From Macrostomum lignano (taxonomy: Eukaryota), in contig NIVC01002823.1 in NCBI GenBank assembly GCA_002269645.1, positions 73,874 to 137,873 of the forward strand: DNA of 64,000 bases, given 5' to 3'. The notes beneath the pieces were generated by a model that was not told the origin of the DNA, made no database searches, and was given only the letters and a program-made list of their open reading frames with translations. The translations under genes were made by a program, and so were the position numbers. Shown piece after piece: positions 1 through 14,484 of the stretch (position 1 is its first letter; every line of letters starts with the position of its first letter).

Positions 1-3000
1 AGCTACACCCAACTCACAACAAGCTACACCCAACTCACAACAAGCTACACCCAACTCACAACAAGCTACACCCAACTCACATGCTACACCCAACTCACAA
101 GCTACAACCAACTCACAAAAAGCTACACCCAACTCACAACAAGCTACACCCAACTCACAACAAGCTACACCCAAGTCACATGCTACACCCAACTCACAAG
201 CTACAACCAACTCACAAGCTACACCCAACTCACAACAAGCTACACCCAACTCACAACAAGCTACACCCAACTCACAACAAGCTACACCCAACTCACAACA
301 AGCTACACCCAACTCACAACAAGCTATACCCAACTCACAACAAGCTACACCCAACTCACAACAAGCTACACCCAACTAACAACAAGCTACACCCAACTCA
401 CAACAAGCTACACCCAACTCACAACAAGCTACACCCAACTCACAACAAGCTACATCCAACTCACAACAAGCTACACCCAACTCACAACAAGCTACACCCA
501 ACTCACAACAAGCTACACCCAACTCACAACAAGCTACACCCAACTCACAACAAGCTATACCCAACTCACAACAAGCTACACCCAACTCACAACAAGCTAC
601 ACCCAACTAACAACAAGCTACACCCAACTCACAACAAGCTACACCCAACTCACAACAAGCTACACCCAACTCACAGCAAGCTACACCCAACTCACAACAA
701 GCTACATCCAACTCACAACAAGCTACACCCAACTCACAAGCTACACCCAAATCACAAGCTACACCCAACTCACAACAAGCTACACTCAACTCACAACAAC
801 CAACAACCAACTCACAAGCTACACCCAACTCACAACAAGCTACACCCAACTCACAACAAGCTACACCCAACTCACAACAAGCTACACCCAACTCACATGC
901 TACACCCAACTCACAAGCTACAACCAACTCACAAAAAGCTACACCCAACTCACAACAAGCTACACCCAACTCACAACAAGCTACACCCAAGTCACATGCT
1001 ACACCCAACTCACAAGCTACAACCAACTCACAAGCTACACCCAACTCACAACAAGCTACACCCAACTCACAACAAGCTACACCCAACTCACAACAAGCTA
1101 CACCCAACTCACAACAAGCTACACCCAACTCACAACAAGCTATACCCAACTCACAACAAGCTACACCCAACTCACAACAAGCTACACCCAACTAACAACA
1201 AGCTACACCCAACTCACAACAAGCTACACCCAACTCACAACAAGCTACACCCAACTCACAACAAGCTACATCCAACTCACAACAAGCTACACCCAACTCA
1301 CAACAAGCTACACCCAACTCACAACAAGCTACACCCAACTCACAACAAGCTACACCCAACTCACAACAAGCTATACCCAACTCACAACAAGCTACACCCA
1401 ACTCACAACAAGCTACACCCAACTAACAACAAGCTACACCCAACTCACAACAAGCTACACCCAACTCACAACAAGCTACACCTAACTCACAGCAAGCTAC
1501 ACCCAACTCACAACAAGCTACACCCAACTCACAACTAGCTACACCCAACTAACAACAAGCTACACCCAACTCACAACAAGCTACATCCAACTCACAACAA
1601 GCAACACCCAACTCACAACAAGCTACACCCAACTCACAACAAGCTACACCCAACTCACAACAAGCTACACCCAACTCACAACAAGCTACACCCAACTCAC
1701 AACAAGCTACACCCAACTCACAACAAGCTACACCCAACTCACAACAAGCTACACCCAACTCACAAAAAGCTACACCCAACTCACAACAAGCTACACCCAA
1801 CTAACAACAAGCTACACTCAACTCACAAGCTACACCCAACTCACAAAAAGCTACACCCAACTCACAACAAGCTACACCCAACTCACAACAAGCTACACTC
1901 AACTCACAAGCTACACCCAACTCACAAAAAGCTACACCCAACTCACAACAAGCTACACCCAACTCACAACAAGCTACACCCAACTCACAACAAGCTACAC
2001 CCAACTCACAACAAGCTACACCCAACTCACAACAAGCTACACCCAACTCACAACAAGCTACACCCAACTCACAGCAAGCTACACCCAACTCACAACAAGC
2101 TACACCCAACTAACAACAAGCTACACCCAACTCACAACAAGCTACATCCAACTCACAACAAGCAACACCCAACTCACAACAAGCTACACCCAACTCACAA
2201 CAAGCTACACCCAACTCACAACAAGCTACACCCAACTCACAGCAAGCTACACCCAACTCACAACAAGCTACACCCAACTCACAACAAGCTACACCCAACT
2301 AACAACAAGCTACACCCAACTCACAACAAGCTACATCCAACTCACAACAAGCAACACCCAACTCACAACAAGCTACACCCAACTCACAACAAGCTACACC
2401 CAACTCACAACAAGCTACACCCAACTCACAACAAGCTACACCCAACTAACAACAAGCTACACCCAACTCACAACAAGCTACACCCAACTCACAACAAGCT
2501 ACACCCAACTCACAACAAGAAACAACCAACTCACAAGCTACACCCAACTCACAACAAGCTACACCCAACTCACAACAAGCTACATCCAACTCACAACAAG
2601 CTACACCCAACTCACAACAAGCTACACCCAACTCACAACAAGCAACACCCAACTCACAACAAGCTACACCCAACTCACAACAAGCTACACCCAACTCACA
2701 ACAAGATACACCCAACTCACAACAAGCTACACCCAACTAACAACAAGCTACACCCAACTCACAACAAGCTACACCCAACTCACAACAAGCTACACCCAAC
2801 TCACAACAAGCTACACCCAACTCACAACAAGCTACACCCAACTCACAACAAGCTAAACCCAACTCACAACAAGCTACACCCAACTCACAACAAGCTACAC
2901 CCAACTCACAACAAGCTACACCCAACTCACAACAAGCTACACCCAACTCACAACAAGCTATACCCAACTCACAACAAGCTACACCCAACTCACAACAAGC

Positions 3001-6000
3001 TACACCCAACTCACAACAAGCTACACCCAACTCACAACAAGCTACACCCAACTCACAACAAGCTACACCCAACTCACAACAAGCTATACCCAACTCACAA
3101 CAAGCTATACCCAACTCACAACAAGCTACACCCAACTCACAACAAGCTACACCCAACTCACAACAAGCTACACCCAACTCACAACAAGCTACACCCAACT
3201 CACAACAAGCTACACCCAACTCACAACAAGCTACACCCAACTCACAACAAGCTACACCCAACTCACAACAAGCTATACCCAACTCACAACAAGCTACACC
3301 CAACTCACAACAAGCTACACCCAACTCACAACAAGCTACACCCAACTCACAACAAGCTACACTCAACTCACAACAAGCTACACCCAACTCACAACAAGCT
3401 ACACCAACTCACAACAAGCTACACCCAACTCACAACAAGCTACACCCAACTCACAACAAGCTACACCCAACTCACAACAAGCTACACCCAACTCACAACA
3501 AGCTACACCAACTCACAACAAGCTACACCCAACTCACAACAAGCTACACCAACTCACAACAAGCTACACCCAACTCACAACAAGCTACACCCAACTCACA
3601 ACAAGCTACACCCAACTCACAACAAGCTACACCCAACTCACAACAAGCTACACCCAACTCACAACAAGCTACACCCAACTCACAACAAGCTACACCAACT
3701 CACAACAAGCTACACCCAACTCACAACAAGCTACACCCAACTCACAACAAGCTACACCCAACTCACAACAAGCTACACCCAACTCACAACAAGCTACACC
3801 CAACTCACAACAAGCTACACCCAACTCACAACAAGCTACACCCAACTCACAACAAGCTACACCCAACTCACAACAAGCTACACCCAACTCACAACAAGCT
3901 ACACCCAACTCACAACAAGCTACACCCAACTCACAACAAGCTACACCCAACTCACAACAAGCTACACCCAACTCACAACAAGCTACATCCAACTCACAAC
4001 AAGCTACACCCAACTCACAACAAGCTACACCCAACTCACAACAAGCTACACCCAACTCACAACAAGCTACACCCAACTCACAACAAGCTACACCCAACTC
4101 ACAACAAGCTACACCCAACTCACAACAAGCTACACCCAACTCACAACAAGCTACACCCAACTCACAACAAGCTACACCCAACTCACAACAAGCTACACCC
4201 AACTCACAACAAGCTACACCCAACTCACAACAAGCTACACCCAACTCACAACAAGCTACACCCAACTCACAACAAGCTACACCCAACTCACAACAAGCTA
4301 CACCCAACTCACAACAAGCTACACCCAACTCACAACAAGCTACACCCAACTCACAACAAGCTACACCCAACTCACAACAAGCTACACCCAACTCACAACA
4401 AGCTACATCCCAACTCACAACAAGCTACACCCAACTCACAACAAGCTACACCCAACTCACAACAAGCTAACACCCAACTCACAACAAGCTACACCCAACT
4501 CACAACAAGCTACACCCAACTCACAACAAGCTACACCCAACTCACAACAAGCTACACCCAACTCACAACAAGCTACACCCAACTCACAACAAGCTACACC
4601 CAACTCACAACAAGCTACACCCAACTCACAACAAGCTACACCCAACTCACAACAAGCTACACCCAACTCACAACAAGCTACACCCAACTCACAACAAGCT
4701 ACACCCAACTCACAACAAGCTACACCCAACTCACAACAAGCTACACCCAACTCACAACAAGCTACACCCAACTCACAACAAGCTACACCCAACTCACAAC
4801 AAGCTATACCCAACTCACAACAAGCTACACCCAACTCACAACAAGCTACACCCAACTCACAACAAGCTACACCCAACTCACAACAAGCTACACCCAACTC
4901 ACAACAAGCTACACCCAACTCACAACAAGCTACACCCAACTCACAACAAGCTACACCCAACTCACAACAAGCTACACCCAACTCACAACAAGCTACACCC
5001 AACTCACAACAAGCTACACCCAACTCACAACAAGCTACACCCAACTCACAACAAGCTACACCCAACTCACAACAAGCTACACCCAACTCACAACAAGCTA
5101 CACCAACTCACAACAAGCTACACCCAACTCACAACAAGCTACACCCAACTCACAACAAGCTACACCCAACTCACAACAAGCTACACCCAACTCACAACAA
5201 GCTACACCCAACTCACAACAAGCTACACCCAACTCACAACAAGCTACACCCAACTCACAACAAGCTACACCCAACTCACAACAAGCTACACCCAACTCAC
5301 AACAAGCTACACCCAACTCACAACAAGCTACACCCAACTCACAACAAGCTACACCCAACTCACAACAAGCTACACCCAACTCACAACAAGCTACACCCAA
5401 CTCACAACAAGCTACACCCAACTCACAACAAGCTACACCCAACTCACAACAAGCTACACCCAACTCACAACAAGCTACACCCAACTCACAACAAGCTACA
5501 CCCAACTCACAACAAGCTACACCCAACTCACAACAAGCTACACCCAACTCACAACAAGCTACACCCAACTCACAACAAGCTACACCCAACTCACAACAAG
5601 CTACACCCAACTCACAACAAGCTACACCCAACTCACAACAAGCTACACCCAACTCACAACAAGCTACACCCAACTCACAACAAGCTACACCCAACTCACA
5701 ACAAGCTACACCCAACTCACAACAAGCTACACCAACTCACAACAAGCTACACCCAACTCACAACAAGCTACACCCAACTCACAACAAGCTACACCCAACT
5801 CACAACAAGCTACACCCAACTCACAACAAGCTACACCCAACTCACAACAAGCTACACCCAACTCACAACAAGCTACACCCAACTCACAACAAGCTACACC
5901 CAACTCACAACAAGCTACACCCAACTCACAAGCTACACCCAACTCACAACAAGCTACACCCAACTCACAACAAGCTACACCCAACTCACAACAAGCTACA

Positions 6001-6191
6001 CCCAACTCACAACAAGCTACACCCAACTCACAACAAGCTACACCCAACTCACAACAAGCTACACCCAACTCACAACAAGCTACACCCAACTCACAACAAG
6101 CTACACCCAACTAACAACAAGCTACACCCAACTCACAACAAGCTACACCCAACTCACAACAAGCTACACCCAACTAACAACAAGCTACACC
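1..6191. repeat. 21-bp minisatellite array (CACAACAAGCTACACCCAACT)n with 18-bp variants and higher-order duplications
   Basis: Unit read directly. Diagnostic variants at 81-185 recur exactly 816 bp later (e.g. CCAAGTC at 171 and 987). The array runs off the left edge of the window. Confidence 0.98.
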
Positions 6192-6753
6192 TGGCTCAAA
6201 CCGAGTTATTCAAACAATCTCAGCAAGTCTTACTGATCAGGGACAGTTCTATTTATAGCAACTTCATCCTCAGCTTCTCTGCTGCACTTATCAAAACTCA
6301 GCGTCTGTTTATTCAGCTGCAGCTCGAGATGGTGGCAGGAGCGCAGCCATGATGTCTGTCTAAGCCCAAGGAGCATGCAACGCCTGGCAGCTTTTCTGTC
6401 CTACAAGTCTTCCGGCTCCTAGATATCAACCGCTAATCCGGAAGGCTTTGCGATCTCGACTGCGCTTCGTCTCTAGAGCAGGTGAGTACCTCAGTTTCGC
6501 AGCCAGGTAGCTCCTGTAGACCCATTTATCAGAGGCGGGGGCCGCGTGCACCCTGGCGCACTGCACTTTAAGCGACATTGTCACACAACCGGCGAGAGGC
6601 ATTACTGCCGCCCATTCCGCCGACTCCCCAGAGCAGCGCGCGGATGCGTACGCAGTCATACGCACTGGTAGGTAGCTGGGTATGTACACTTCTCTGTGCC
6701 GTTAATTGCACGAGCAGAGCCAAGCCGAGATTCCAGTTTAGCTCCAAATTAAT

Positions 6754-6827
6754 GTGACTGCACTTGGAATCGAGCCTGGGCCGCTAGCACACCAGAGCAC
6801 CGTGCTGGACCACTGGGCTACGGACCC
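6754..6827 (-). mobile_element. tRNA-derived sequence (SINE head or pseudo-tRNA)
   Basis: Minus strand reads GGGTCCGTAGCCCAGTGGTCCAGCACGGTGCTCTGGTGTGCTAGCGGCCCAGGCTCGATTCC, with A-box-like TAGCCCAGTGG and B-box-like GGCTCGATTCC. Acceptor and T stems do not pair well. Confidence 0.5.
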
Positions 6828-7867
6828 CCCTCCTGTAGACCCCAGCATCGGGAACTTGTCTTACAATTTGGTTCAGCCGATCAGCCGGTTCCGCTGTTTC
6901 GCATGCCGTCGTCAGCTGGGCCGATTCGGCCGTCTTGACGGATTTCGCGGCCAATTTGCGACTCTTTGAGAGACCAGTCGCTTGCAGTCAATGCAGGCGG
7001 AGCATTAGCCGGAGGGGGTAAAGCTGCGATCGCCAGACTTTTATCCCAGCTGGGCTGGGGAAAACACAACATTCGGAGAGGAGAGGAGAAGAGGAGGCCT
7101 TGCAAAGAGAAACGATGTGATTTGCCAGCTCGAGTCAGGGAGCGTGGCGAAGCGGTGGGGGTGGACAGCGGCTCTGTGGCGAGACAAGAGCGGCGATCGG
7201 GAGCGATTCAGTTTATGAGGATATGCCGGCTTTGCCTGCTAATCCGCTGCGAGGAAGGGAGGGAGAGAGGGAGGGAGAAAGGGAGGTGTCGGTGAGGATC
7301 TCGAAAAAGGCGGGATGAGGGGACGAGTCGGGTCCCCGGCCCTGCTCTGAGCAGCATGTCTGTGTGGCATCGCCAGAGCTATGGCTGAGTTACCTATTTT
7401 TCTCTGGCCCGGATGCGGCCTCAGTCCTGGTTGGACCATCTCACTGCTGGATGCCGGTCAACTGCCTGAACACGACTGTCTACCCCCCCCCCAGCATGCG
7501 TGTGCATATGATAATTGCTGACCATGACTGTGAGCATTTGATTCATATGCTGTCAGGCCGCCTTGTTGTCAGGCCTGTGGGAGCTGAACAACTATGAATG
7601 AAGAGATACATAAACCGGGATTCTTAATTAAAGGATGCGCAGTTTAATTTTGATAAACAATTTTGCTTGCCAGAAGACTTTGAGAAGAAGCCACTGATGA
7701 AAGAGCTTTGAGCAACACAAAATTTATTTTTAAAAAAGTAGGCAATTTCAGTGACTTGAAACCTAAAAAAAGTAGAAATTCTATGTCTGTGAAAATCACT
7801 CAGTTCTTGGCATTCATTATAAGCAGACTCCAGGGAATCTCGGAAACATTTCTAGCTTGAACTTACA

Positions 7868-8164
7868 TTGGATGCCTACGGGACTGAATGTCACTGCAGC
7901 CTAGACTCCCAATGGATGCACACGGGACTGAATGTCACTGCAGCCTGGACTCCCAATGGATACACACCGGACTGAGTGTCACTGCAGCCTGGACTCCCAA
8001 TGGATGCACACCGGACTGAATGTCACTGCAGCCTGGACTCCCAATGGATGCACACGGGACTGAATGTCACTGCAGCCTGGACTCCCAATGGATGCACACG
8101 GGACTGAATGTCACTGCAGCCTGGACTCCCAATGGATGCACGCGGGACTGAATGTCACTGCAGC
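7868..8164. repeat. 44-bp tandem repeat, about 6.7 copies
   Basis: GGACTGAATGTCACTGCAGCC starts at 7881, 7925, 7969, 8013, 8057, 8101 and 8145. Confidence 0.95.
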
Positions 8165-8612
8165 TTTGCTGATCTTTCCATTTTTGTCTGCTGAATGCAG
8201 CAATTCTGTTCAAAGCTTTAAAATGTCGAAGAAATACAAAAAATTGTATCGGCCTTGCGAGCCCAAAGAAACTGCGCAAGGATGCGGTATTCGAGTTTCA
8301 CCTGACCACTGAATCTGCAACATGAAAGCAATTAGACCTCAGCTCAGCCTGACCCCAGCCTATTATTATTATTCTTCATTTTCCTGGCCGCTTTCATCTT
8401 TCTAGGTTGCCATGTCAACACAGGTCCAGAACCCAGCAGAAGGCACTTGGCCCCCGAAAGCATGACGGCCTAGACACGGTGGTTTTGCATTTTTTGAAAC
8501 TGCAAATTCTTTTTCTCGCTCATGCCCGGCCGCATATTTTCAGCCTCCCTAGGAAATCTCTGCAGATGATGGCGAATGGGGAAAAGGAGAATTTCCCGAA
8601 CGGTTCCGATGC

Positions 8613-8614
<2 letters not shown>

Positions 8615-8651
<37 letters not shown>
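8615..8651. repeat. (AG)n microsatellite
   Basis: Direct reading. Confidence 0.95.
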
Positions 8652-8652
<1 letters not shown>

Positions 8653-9299
8653 GGTCTTAAGAAAGTACGAAGTCAGGAAGAGACTATCGCGGAGGAAATT
8701 CTTCGTGAGAAGGAGATCGGTGACCCGGTCTAGCGGACAGCAGATTCGGATCTGAAGAGGCTGCAGCGCATAGTTTAGAATAGAAAAACTGATGAGGAAG
8801 CGGTCCAGCCTCTCCTTGATCGGCGATGTCGCTTTGCGATACGGGCTGGCTGGTTATAACGGTGATCGAAACGTTGAAGAATTACGAGTATCACACTGAG
8901 CAGCCAATGAGGAGCTTTGGCTCAGCCTTCTGAAGCTGTTGCAAGTCACGACAAGACAAACAAATAGGATAGCGGTGTAACAAAATTTTCTGCGAGGACT
9001 TCCTCACCCGCGGCAGCAGTTGACCCACGGATTGCGGCCGCGCCAGAAGCTGGAAGATACTGCTATGGCTGCGCAGTAAAGTTCAAGCGCGTCCAGTAAC
9101 CGCAGCAAACTGAATTACTGGTACACTTAAATATAATTTAGTGCAGAGGCACTTTGTCTAGTACTAGCACAGCTGTGGACGGCGGTTGGAGTGTCTTGTA
9201 AAGATTCAAGGCACTGGGCACTTGAGTAGCGGTTGGTTAAAAAATTTACTACATGTAATTTCAAGTTACATTTTCTTTTGCCCCTCCATTTGTCTATGG

Positions 9300-11115
9300 C
9301 CAAGACTGTGCTGAGACTCTCCGATGCAGTCCTGAGACTCCGATGCAGTCTTGAGACTCCGATTCATTTCTGAGACAGTCCTGAGACTCCGATGCAGTCC
9401 TGAGACTCCGATGCATTTCTAAGACAGTCCTGAGACTCCGATGCAGTCCTGAGACAGTCCTGAGACAGTCCTGAGACTCCGATGTAGTCCTGACACTCCG
9501 ATGCAGTCGTGAGACTCCGATGCAGTCCTGAGACAGTCCTGAGACTCCGATGCAGTCCCGAGACAGTCCTGAGACTCCGATGCAGTCCTGAGACTCTCCG
9601 ATGCAGTCCTGAGACTTTCCGATGCCGTCCTGAGACTCCGATGCAGTCCTGAGACTCTCCGATACGAGCGTACAGTCCTGAGACTCCGATGCAGTCCTGA
9701 GACTCCGATGCAGTCCTGAGACTCCGATGCAGTCCTGAGACTCCGATGCAGTCCTGAGACTCCGATGCAGTCCTGAGACTCCGATGCAGTCCTGAGACTC
9801 CGATGCATTTCTAAGACAGTCCTGAGACTCCGATGCAGTCCTGAGACAGTCCTGAGACAGTCCTGAGACTCCGATGTAGTCCTGACACTCCGATGCAGTC
9901 GTGAGACTCCGATGCAGTCCCGAGACAGTCCTGAGACTCCGATGCAGTCCTGAGACTTTCCGATGCCGTCCTGAGACTCCGATGCAGTCCTGAGACTCTC
10001 CGATACGAGCGTACAGTCCTGAGACTCCGATGCAGTCCTGAGACTCTCCGATACGAGCGTACAGTCCTGAGACTCCGATGCAGTCCTGAGACTCTCCGAT
10101 ACGAGCGTACAGTCCTGAGACTCCGATGCAGTCCTGAGACTCTCCGATACGAGCGTACAGTCCTGAGACTCCGATGCAGTCCTGAGACTCTCCGATACGA
10201 GCGTACAGTCCTGAGACTCCGATGCAGTCCTGAGACTCTCCGATACGAGCGTCGGTCCTGAGACTCCGATGCAGTCCTGAGACTCTCCGATACGAGCGTA
10301 CAGTCCTGAGACTCCGATGCAGTCCTGAGACTCTCCGATACGAGCGTACAGTCCTGAGACTCCGATGCAGTCCTGAGACTCTCCGATACGAGCGTACAGT
10401 CCTGAGACTCCGATGCAGTCCTGAGACTCTCCGATACGAGCGTACAGTCCTGAGACTCCGATGCAGTCCTGAGACTCTCCGATACGAGCGTACAGTCCTG
10501 AGACTCCGATGCAGTCCTGAGACTCTCCGATACGAGCGTACAGTCCTGAGACTCCGATGCAGTCCTGAGACTCCGATGCAGTCCTGAGACTCTCCGATAC
10601 AGTCCTGAGACTCCGATGCAGTCCTGAGACTCCGATGCAGTCCTGAGACTCTCCGATGCCGTCCTGAGACTCCGATGCAGTCCTGAGACTCTCCGATACA
10701 GTCCTGAGACTCCGATGCAGTCCTGAGAATCCGATGCAGTCCTGAGACTCCGATGCAGTCCTGAGACTCCTTTGCAGTCCTGAGACTCCGATGCAGTCCT
10801 GAGACTCCGGTGTAGTCCTGAGACTCTCCGATGCAGTCCTGAGACTCCGATGCAGTCCTGAGACTCCGATGCAGTCCTGAGACTCTCCGATGCCGTCCTG
10901 AGACTCCGATGCAGTCCTGAGACTCTCCGATACAGTCCTGAGACTCTCCGATGCAGTCCTGAGACTCCGATGCAGTCCTGAGACTCCGATGCAGTCCTGA
11001 GACTCCGATGCAGTCCTGAGACTCCGATGCAGTCCTGAGACTCCGATGCAGTCCTGAGACTCCGATGCAGTCCTGAGACTCCGATGCAGTCCTGAGACTC
11101 CGATGCAGTCTCTGC
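9300..11115. repeat. 19-bp minisatellite (CAGTCCTGAGACTCCGATG)n with 21-bp and 29-bp variants and a 48-bp composite unit
   Basis: Direct reading. The 19-aa and 16-aa periodicities in the ORF track match 3x19 and 48 nt. Confidence 0.97.
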
Positions 11116-12016
11116 AGTCTCGTACTAACAAGAGTCACTATTTAAAACACTGCACAGTTGAGTGCTTACCATTTTAATAGCCCTGTCGTTTCAGAACTTT
11201 CGAGGCCACAACTCCCCTGGTTTTATTGGGCCCTTTTCTGCCTTCAAGTGGACTTTTATCCTGAACAGACTCACCCCAGCCATGAAAAAAATATTTAATT
11301 TGGAGACTAGAAAAGCAAGCATGAAATCTACGCCCTTGTCGTGCCGTGTTGTCACAGACGTTTTTAATTTAATTTTCCAAAGAATTGGCTCAGCTGAAGG
11401 GCTGTGCTGTTCTCTTCAGCTCACTTCAGTTTCCTGTATACGATAATTGAATCAAAGCAACTCGCATTTTCTACTGTAAAATATTTGACATCAATCGAAT
11501 GGGACCGCCAAAGTCCCGGGTTCGAATCCGTGTGCTCGCAGCACCTGGGGGCTTGTGCAGTATTCGGGCCAAGTCCCACCCTAAAGGATTGACTGAATGA
11601 CTGAAATAAAATTAATTCCAACATTCGATGTCGAATAGAGTTAAAAAATTTATCAGTGTAAAGGAAATACGCTGGAGAGATAGAAGAAGGGAATTAATTA
11701 ATATTAACATGCTTCCCTGAGCAGCTTCAATACTTTCCGCGCTTTTTTAATTTGAGCGATTCAAGTCAATCAATTTGCGACTTTGAATTTAAATTCCAAA
11801 TTCAATATCCCTCTTGAGTGACTCGCAGCTGAGGCTCAGAAGCTGCAAACAATGAGAGCCCGGCTTTTGCTCACAAATGATTCTGAGAGCTTTCCTGAGC
11901 AGATACTGCTTTATTGCTTCACTGGACAGCCTCAAAATCTAATTTTATCCGCCAGAAATGCTACAGATGGCACGCTGCAGATTTAAAACGTTCCAACATC
12001 GGATTACAGCCTACCC

Positions 12017-12410
12017 ATTGATTACAAATGGCACTTTATTCAGATTGATTACAGATGGCACTATATTCAGATTGATTACAAATGGCACTATATTCAGATT
12101 GATTACAAATGGCACCATATTCAGATTGATTACAAATGGCACTATATTCAGATTGATTACAAATGGCACTATATTCAGATTGATTACAAATGGCACTATA
12201 TTCAGATTGATTACAAATGGCACTATATTCAGATTGATTACAAATGGCACTATATTCAGATTGATTACAAATGGCACTATATTCAGATTGATTACAGATG
12301 GCACCATATTCAGATTGATTACAAATGGCACTATATTCAGATTGATTACAGATGGCACCATATTCAGATTGATTACAAATGGCACTATATTCAGATTGAT
12401 TACAAATGAC
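12017..12410. repeat. 27-bp minisatellite (ATTGATTACAAATGGCACTATATTCAG), about 14.5 copies
   Basis: Direct reading. Confidence 0.95.
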
Positions 12411-12750
12411 AACCGTCAGTGCTCAAATGGCACCCGTCAGTGTACAAATGGCACCCGTCAGTGCTCAAATGGCACCCGTCAGTGTACAAATGGCACCCGT
12501 CAGTGCTCAAATGGCACCCGTCAGGGTACAAATGGCACCCGTCAGTGCTCAAATGGCACCCGTCAGTGTACAAATGGCACCCGTCAGTGCTCAAATGACA
12601 CCCGTCAGTGTACAAATAGCACCCGTCAGTGTACAAATGGCACCCGTCAGTGTACAAATGGCACCCGCCAGTGTACAAATGGCACCCGCCAGTGTACAAA
12701 TGGCACCCGTCAGTGTACAAATGGCACCCGTCAGTGTACAAATGGCACCA
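12411..12750. repeat. 21-bp minisatellite (CCGTCAGTGTACAAATGGCAC), about 16 copies, abutting the 27-mer array
   Basis: Direct reading. Shares the core ACAAATGGCAC with the 27-mer. Confidence 0.95.
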
Positions 12751-13245
12751 TTCAAGTACAATATTCGCACAGCACCCCTCAGGCTGAATCTGACAGCTGT
12801 CATTCATACAAACCATTATCAATCATAATTTTATTTTTAACTTGACCCAGCAGTACAGGTTGCGTTATTTCCGTCTAGATCAAAAAAGGCGCAGCGGCCA
12901 ATCTACTTACCCCAGACTCCAGGCGCTCCATCAACTCCAATTATCAATAGAATAAAAGTTTGTGTAACCTGTGGCGCTTAGCAACCGGCCGGCTCACTCA
13001 GCTGATGTGCGCACGCGCGAATTCGAACATCGCTGCTGCCGCATTCGGTTGATCAGGGAGACTGAGAGAGAGACAGACCGACTGCTGGGCCGCGGCATCT
13101 CTCAGCCTTTCGAGGTTAAGCATTTTAACCCCCCCCCTATATCTCTCTCCTTTTCCCTGCCTTTAAAACTCCCCTCTCGCTGACCACTGACGCATCGGAA
13201 CTGACAGGCCTGAATGGGGCGGCTAGCGAGGTGAGAGGAGATTCG

Positions 13246-13247
<2 letters not shown>

Positions 13248-13287
<40 letters not shown>
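13248..13287. repeat. (TG)n microsatellite
   Basis: Direct reading. Confidence 0.95.
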
Positions 13288-13291
<4 letters not shown>

Positions 13292-14484
13292 GCACGGGGC
13301 ATTTGTTGGGCCATACGCATACAACGGGACCCGCACTGTTGGGCCAAAAAAATGTTGGGACTGTCCCATCAAGTCCGTCCAACACTTCCAAAAAACTTAC
13401 AATAGCAGCTCAAAAAAATACTCTATGGATTCAGCTCGACAGCCTCTTTTTGATGGTGCAACTCATTTTTAATAATTTTACTTGCTGTGTCAATAAATAA
13501 GCAAAAACTGGCGTCCCAATAAGGAAAAATGATACAAAATTCGACCAAATCACTATTGGGACACTGAAATGGCTAATCTGCTCCCGCATATTTTTATTGG
13601 TTTTTTCTCATATTTTTACTAATAGTAGATTTCAAGCGCATTCATTTGCTGCAGTCTTTGTTTCAAGACGTAAATACATAGCATACATTAAAATACATAC
13701 AAAGCAAAGCATAGCAAAACACTTTTAAGGGTATTTTATTGTCAAAGGATGGTTCTGGATGGAGATAAACCTAAAGAAATGACAAGGGCTTACATGTACT
13801 TCTGACTGTGATGGGCATCAGTACTCTACACGAACTAAATTGTTAGGACAGTGTTGCAGTGTTGAATACAACAGCCCACTCTTGTTAGGACTCATGCTAT
13901 TGACTGCTGCGCGCATTCGATATTCTATAAATTGTTGGGACTGTGTGCTAGAGTGTCGTTTACAAAAGCCCACTCATATTAGGACTTACCCCGTACATGT
14001 TAGGACTAAGCCCTACCCCCCTGTGTACATGGCTCCAATTTACCAGAGTCCCCTTGCTATTTAAGTGTACATTTATTTTGGTCTATTATTGACGCCACCC
14101 CGCAAACGTACGGTAAACAAAATTGGCATGTACTCGCCATGCTGAAATCAATGGTCAACTCTGCCTCTGCCATGGCACCCGAGTCACCATGGTATGGAAA
14201 GAACAGCATGGAATGGCACAGCGATAAACATGTAAGTGGTATTAAAAAACTTTGTCGGAAACAAGAAGCATTTATATTTAAATGCTATAAAAATACTGCT
14301 CCTGCTAAGCAGTACCTACCTTTACTTCAGGTATATCACCTTTGATCAACTGCCATGTGGCGCAATTGTCAAAGGATCCGTCGACTTTAACCGGTAAGCT
14401 GTAAAAGCTTTGAGTAAAACTTGACATTTCGTCTGAATCCATTGACATTCAATAGCCTACGTGTCCAACCACAAAAATTATAAG

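Noticed and set aside
81-6110. His-rich (HPTHNKL)n and Cys-rich (CCELGVA)n ORFs
   Set aside because: Translations of a 21-bp satellite; frames are broken by 1-bp indels and there is no non-repeat context.
6408-6670. Possible small + strand exons (CAAG|...GCAG|GTGAGT; ...CACTG|GTAGGT)
   Set aside because: Splice-like signals are present but no consistent frame or recognisable protein.
7868-8164. CRISPR-like appearance of the 23-45 bp arrays here and elsewhere
   Set aside because: Head-to-tail repeats without unique spacers, no cas genes, eukaryotic context.
8652-9110. Possible decayed LINE 3' end with a (CT)n tail on the minus strand
   Set aside because: Only vague peptide resemblance (IKERLDRFL..., CCPLD...FLKT); no diagnostic motif or TSD.
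9294-11138. 614-aa and 570-aa minus-strand ORFs
   Set aside because: Products of the 19-bp repeat, open in several frames.
11495-11540. GGTTCGAATCC B-box, possible tRNA
   Set aside because: No A-box or cloverleaf; at most a SINE remnant.
14139-14231. YGKNSMEWHSDKH followed by GTAAGT, resembling the AlkB-family WHSD motif
   Set aside because: Too short, no other AlkB exons found, AT-rich context.
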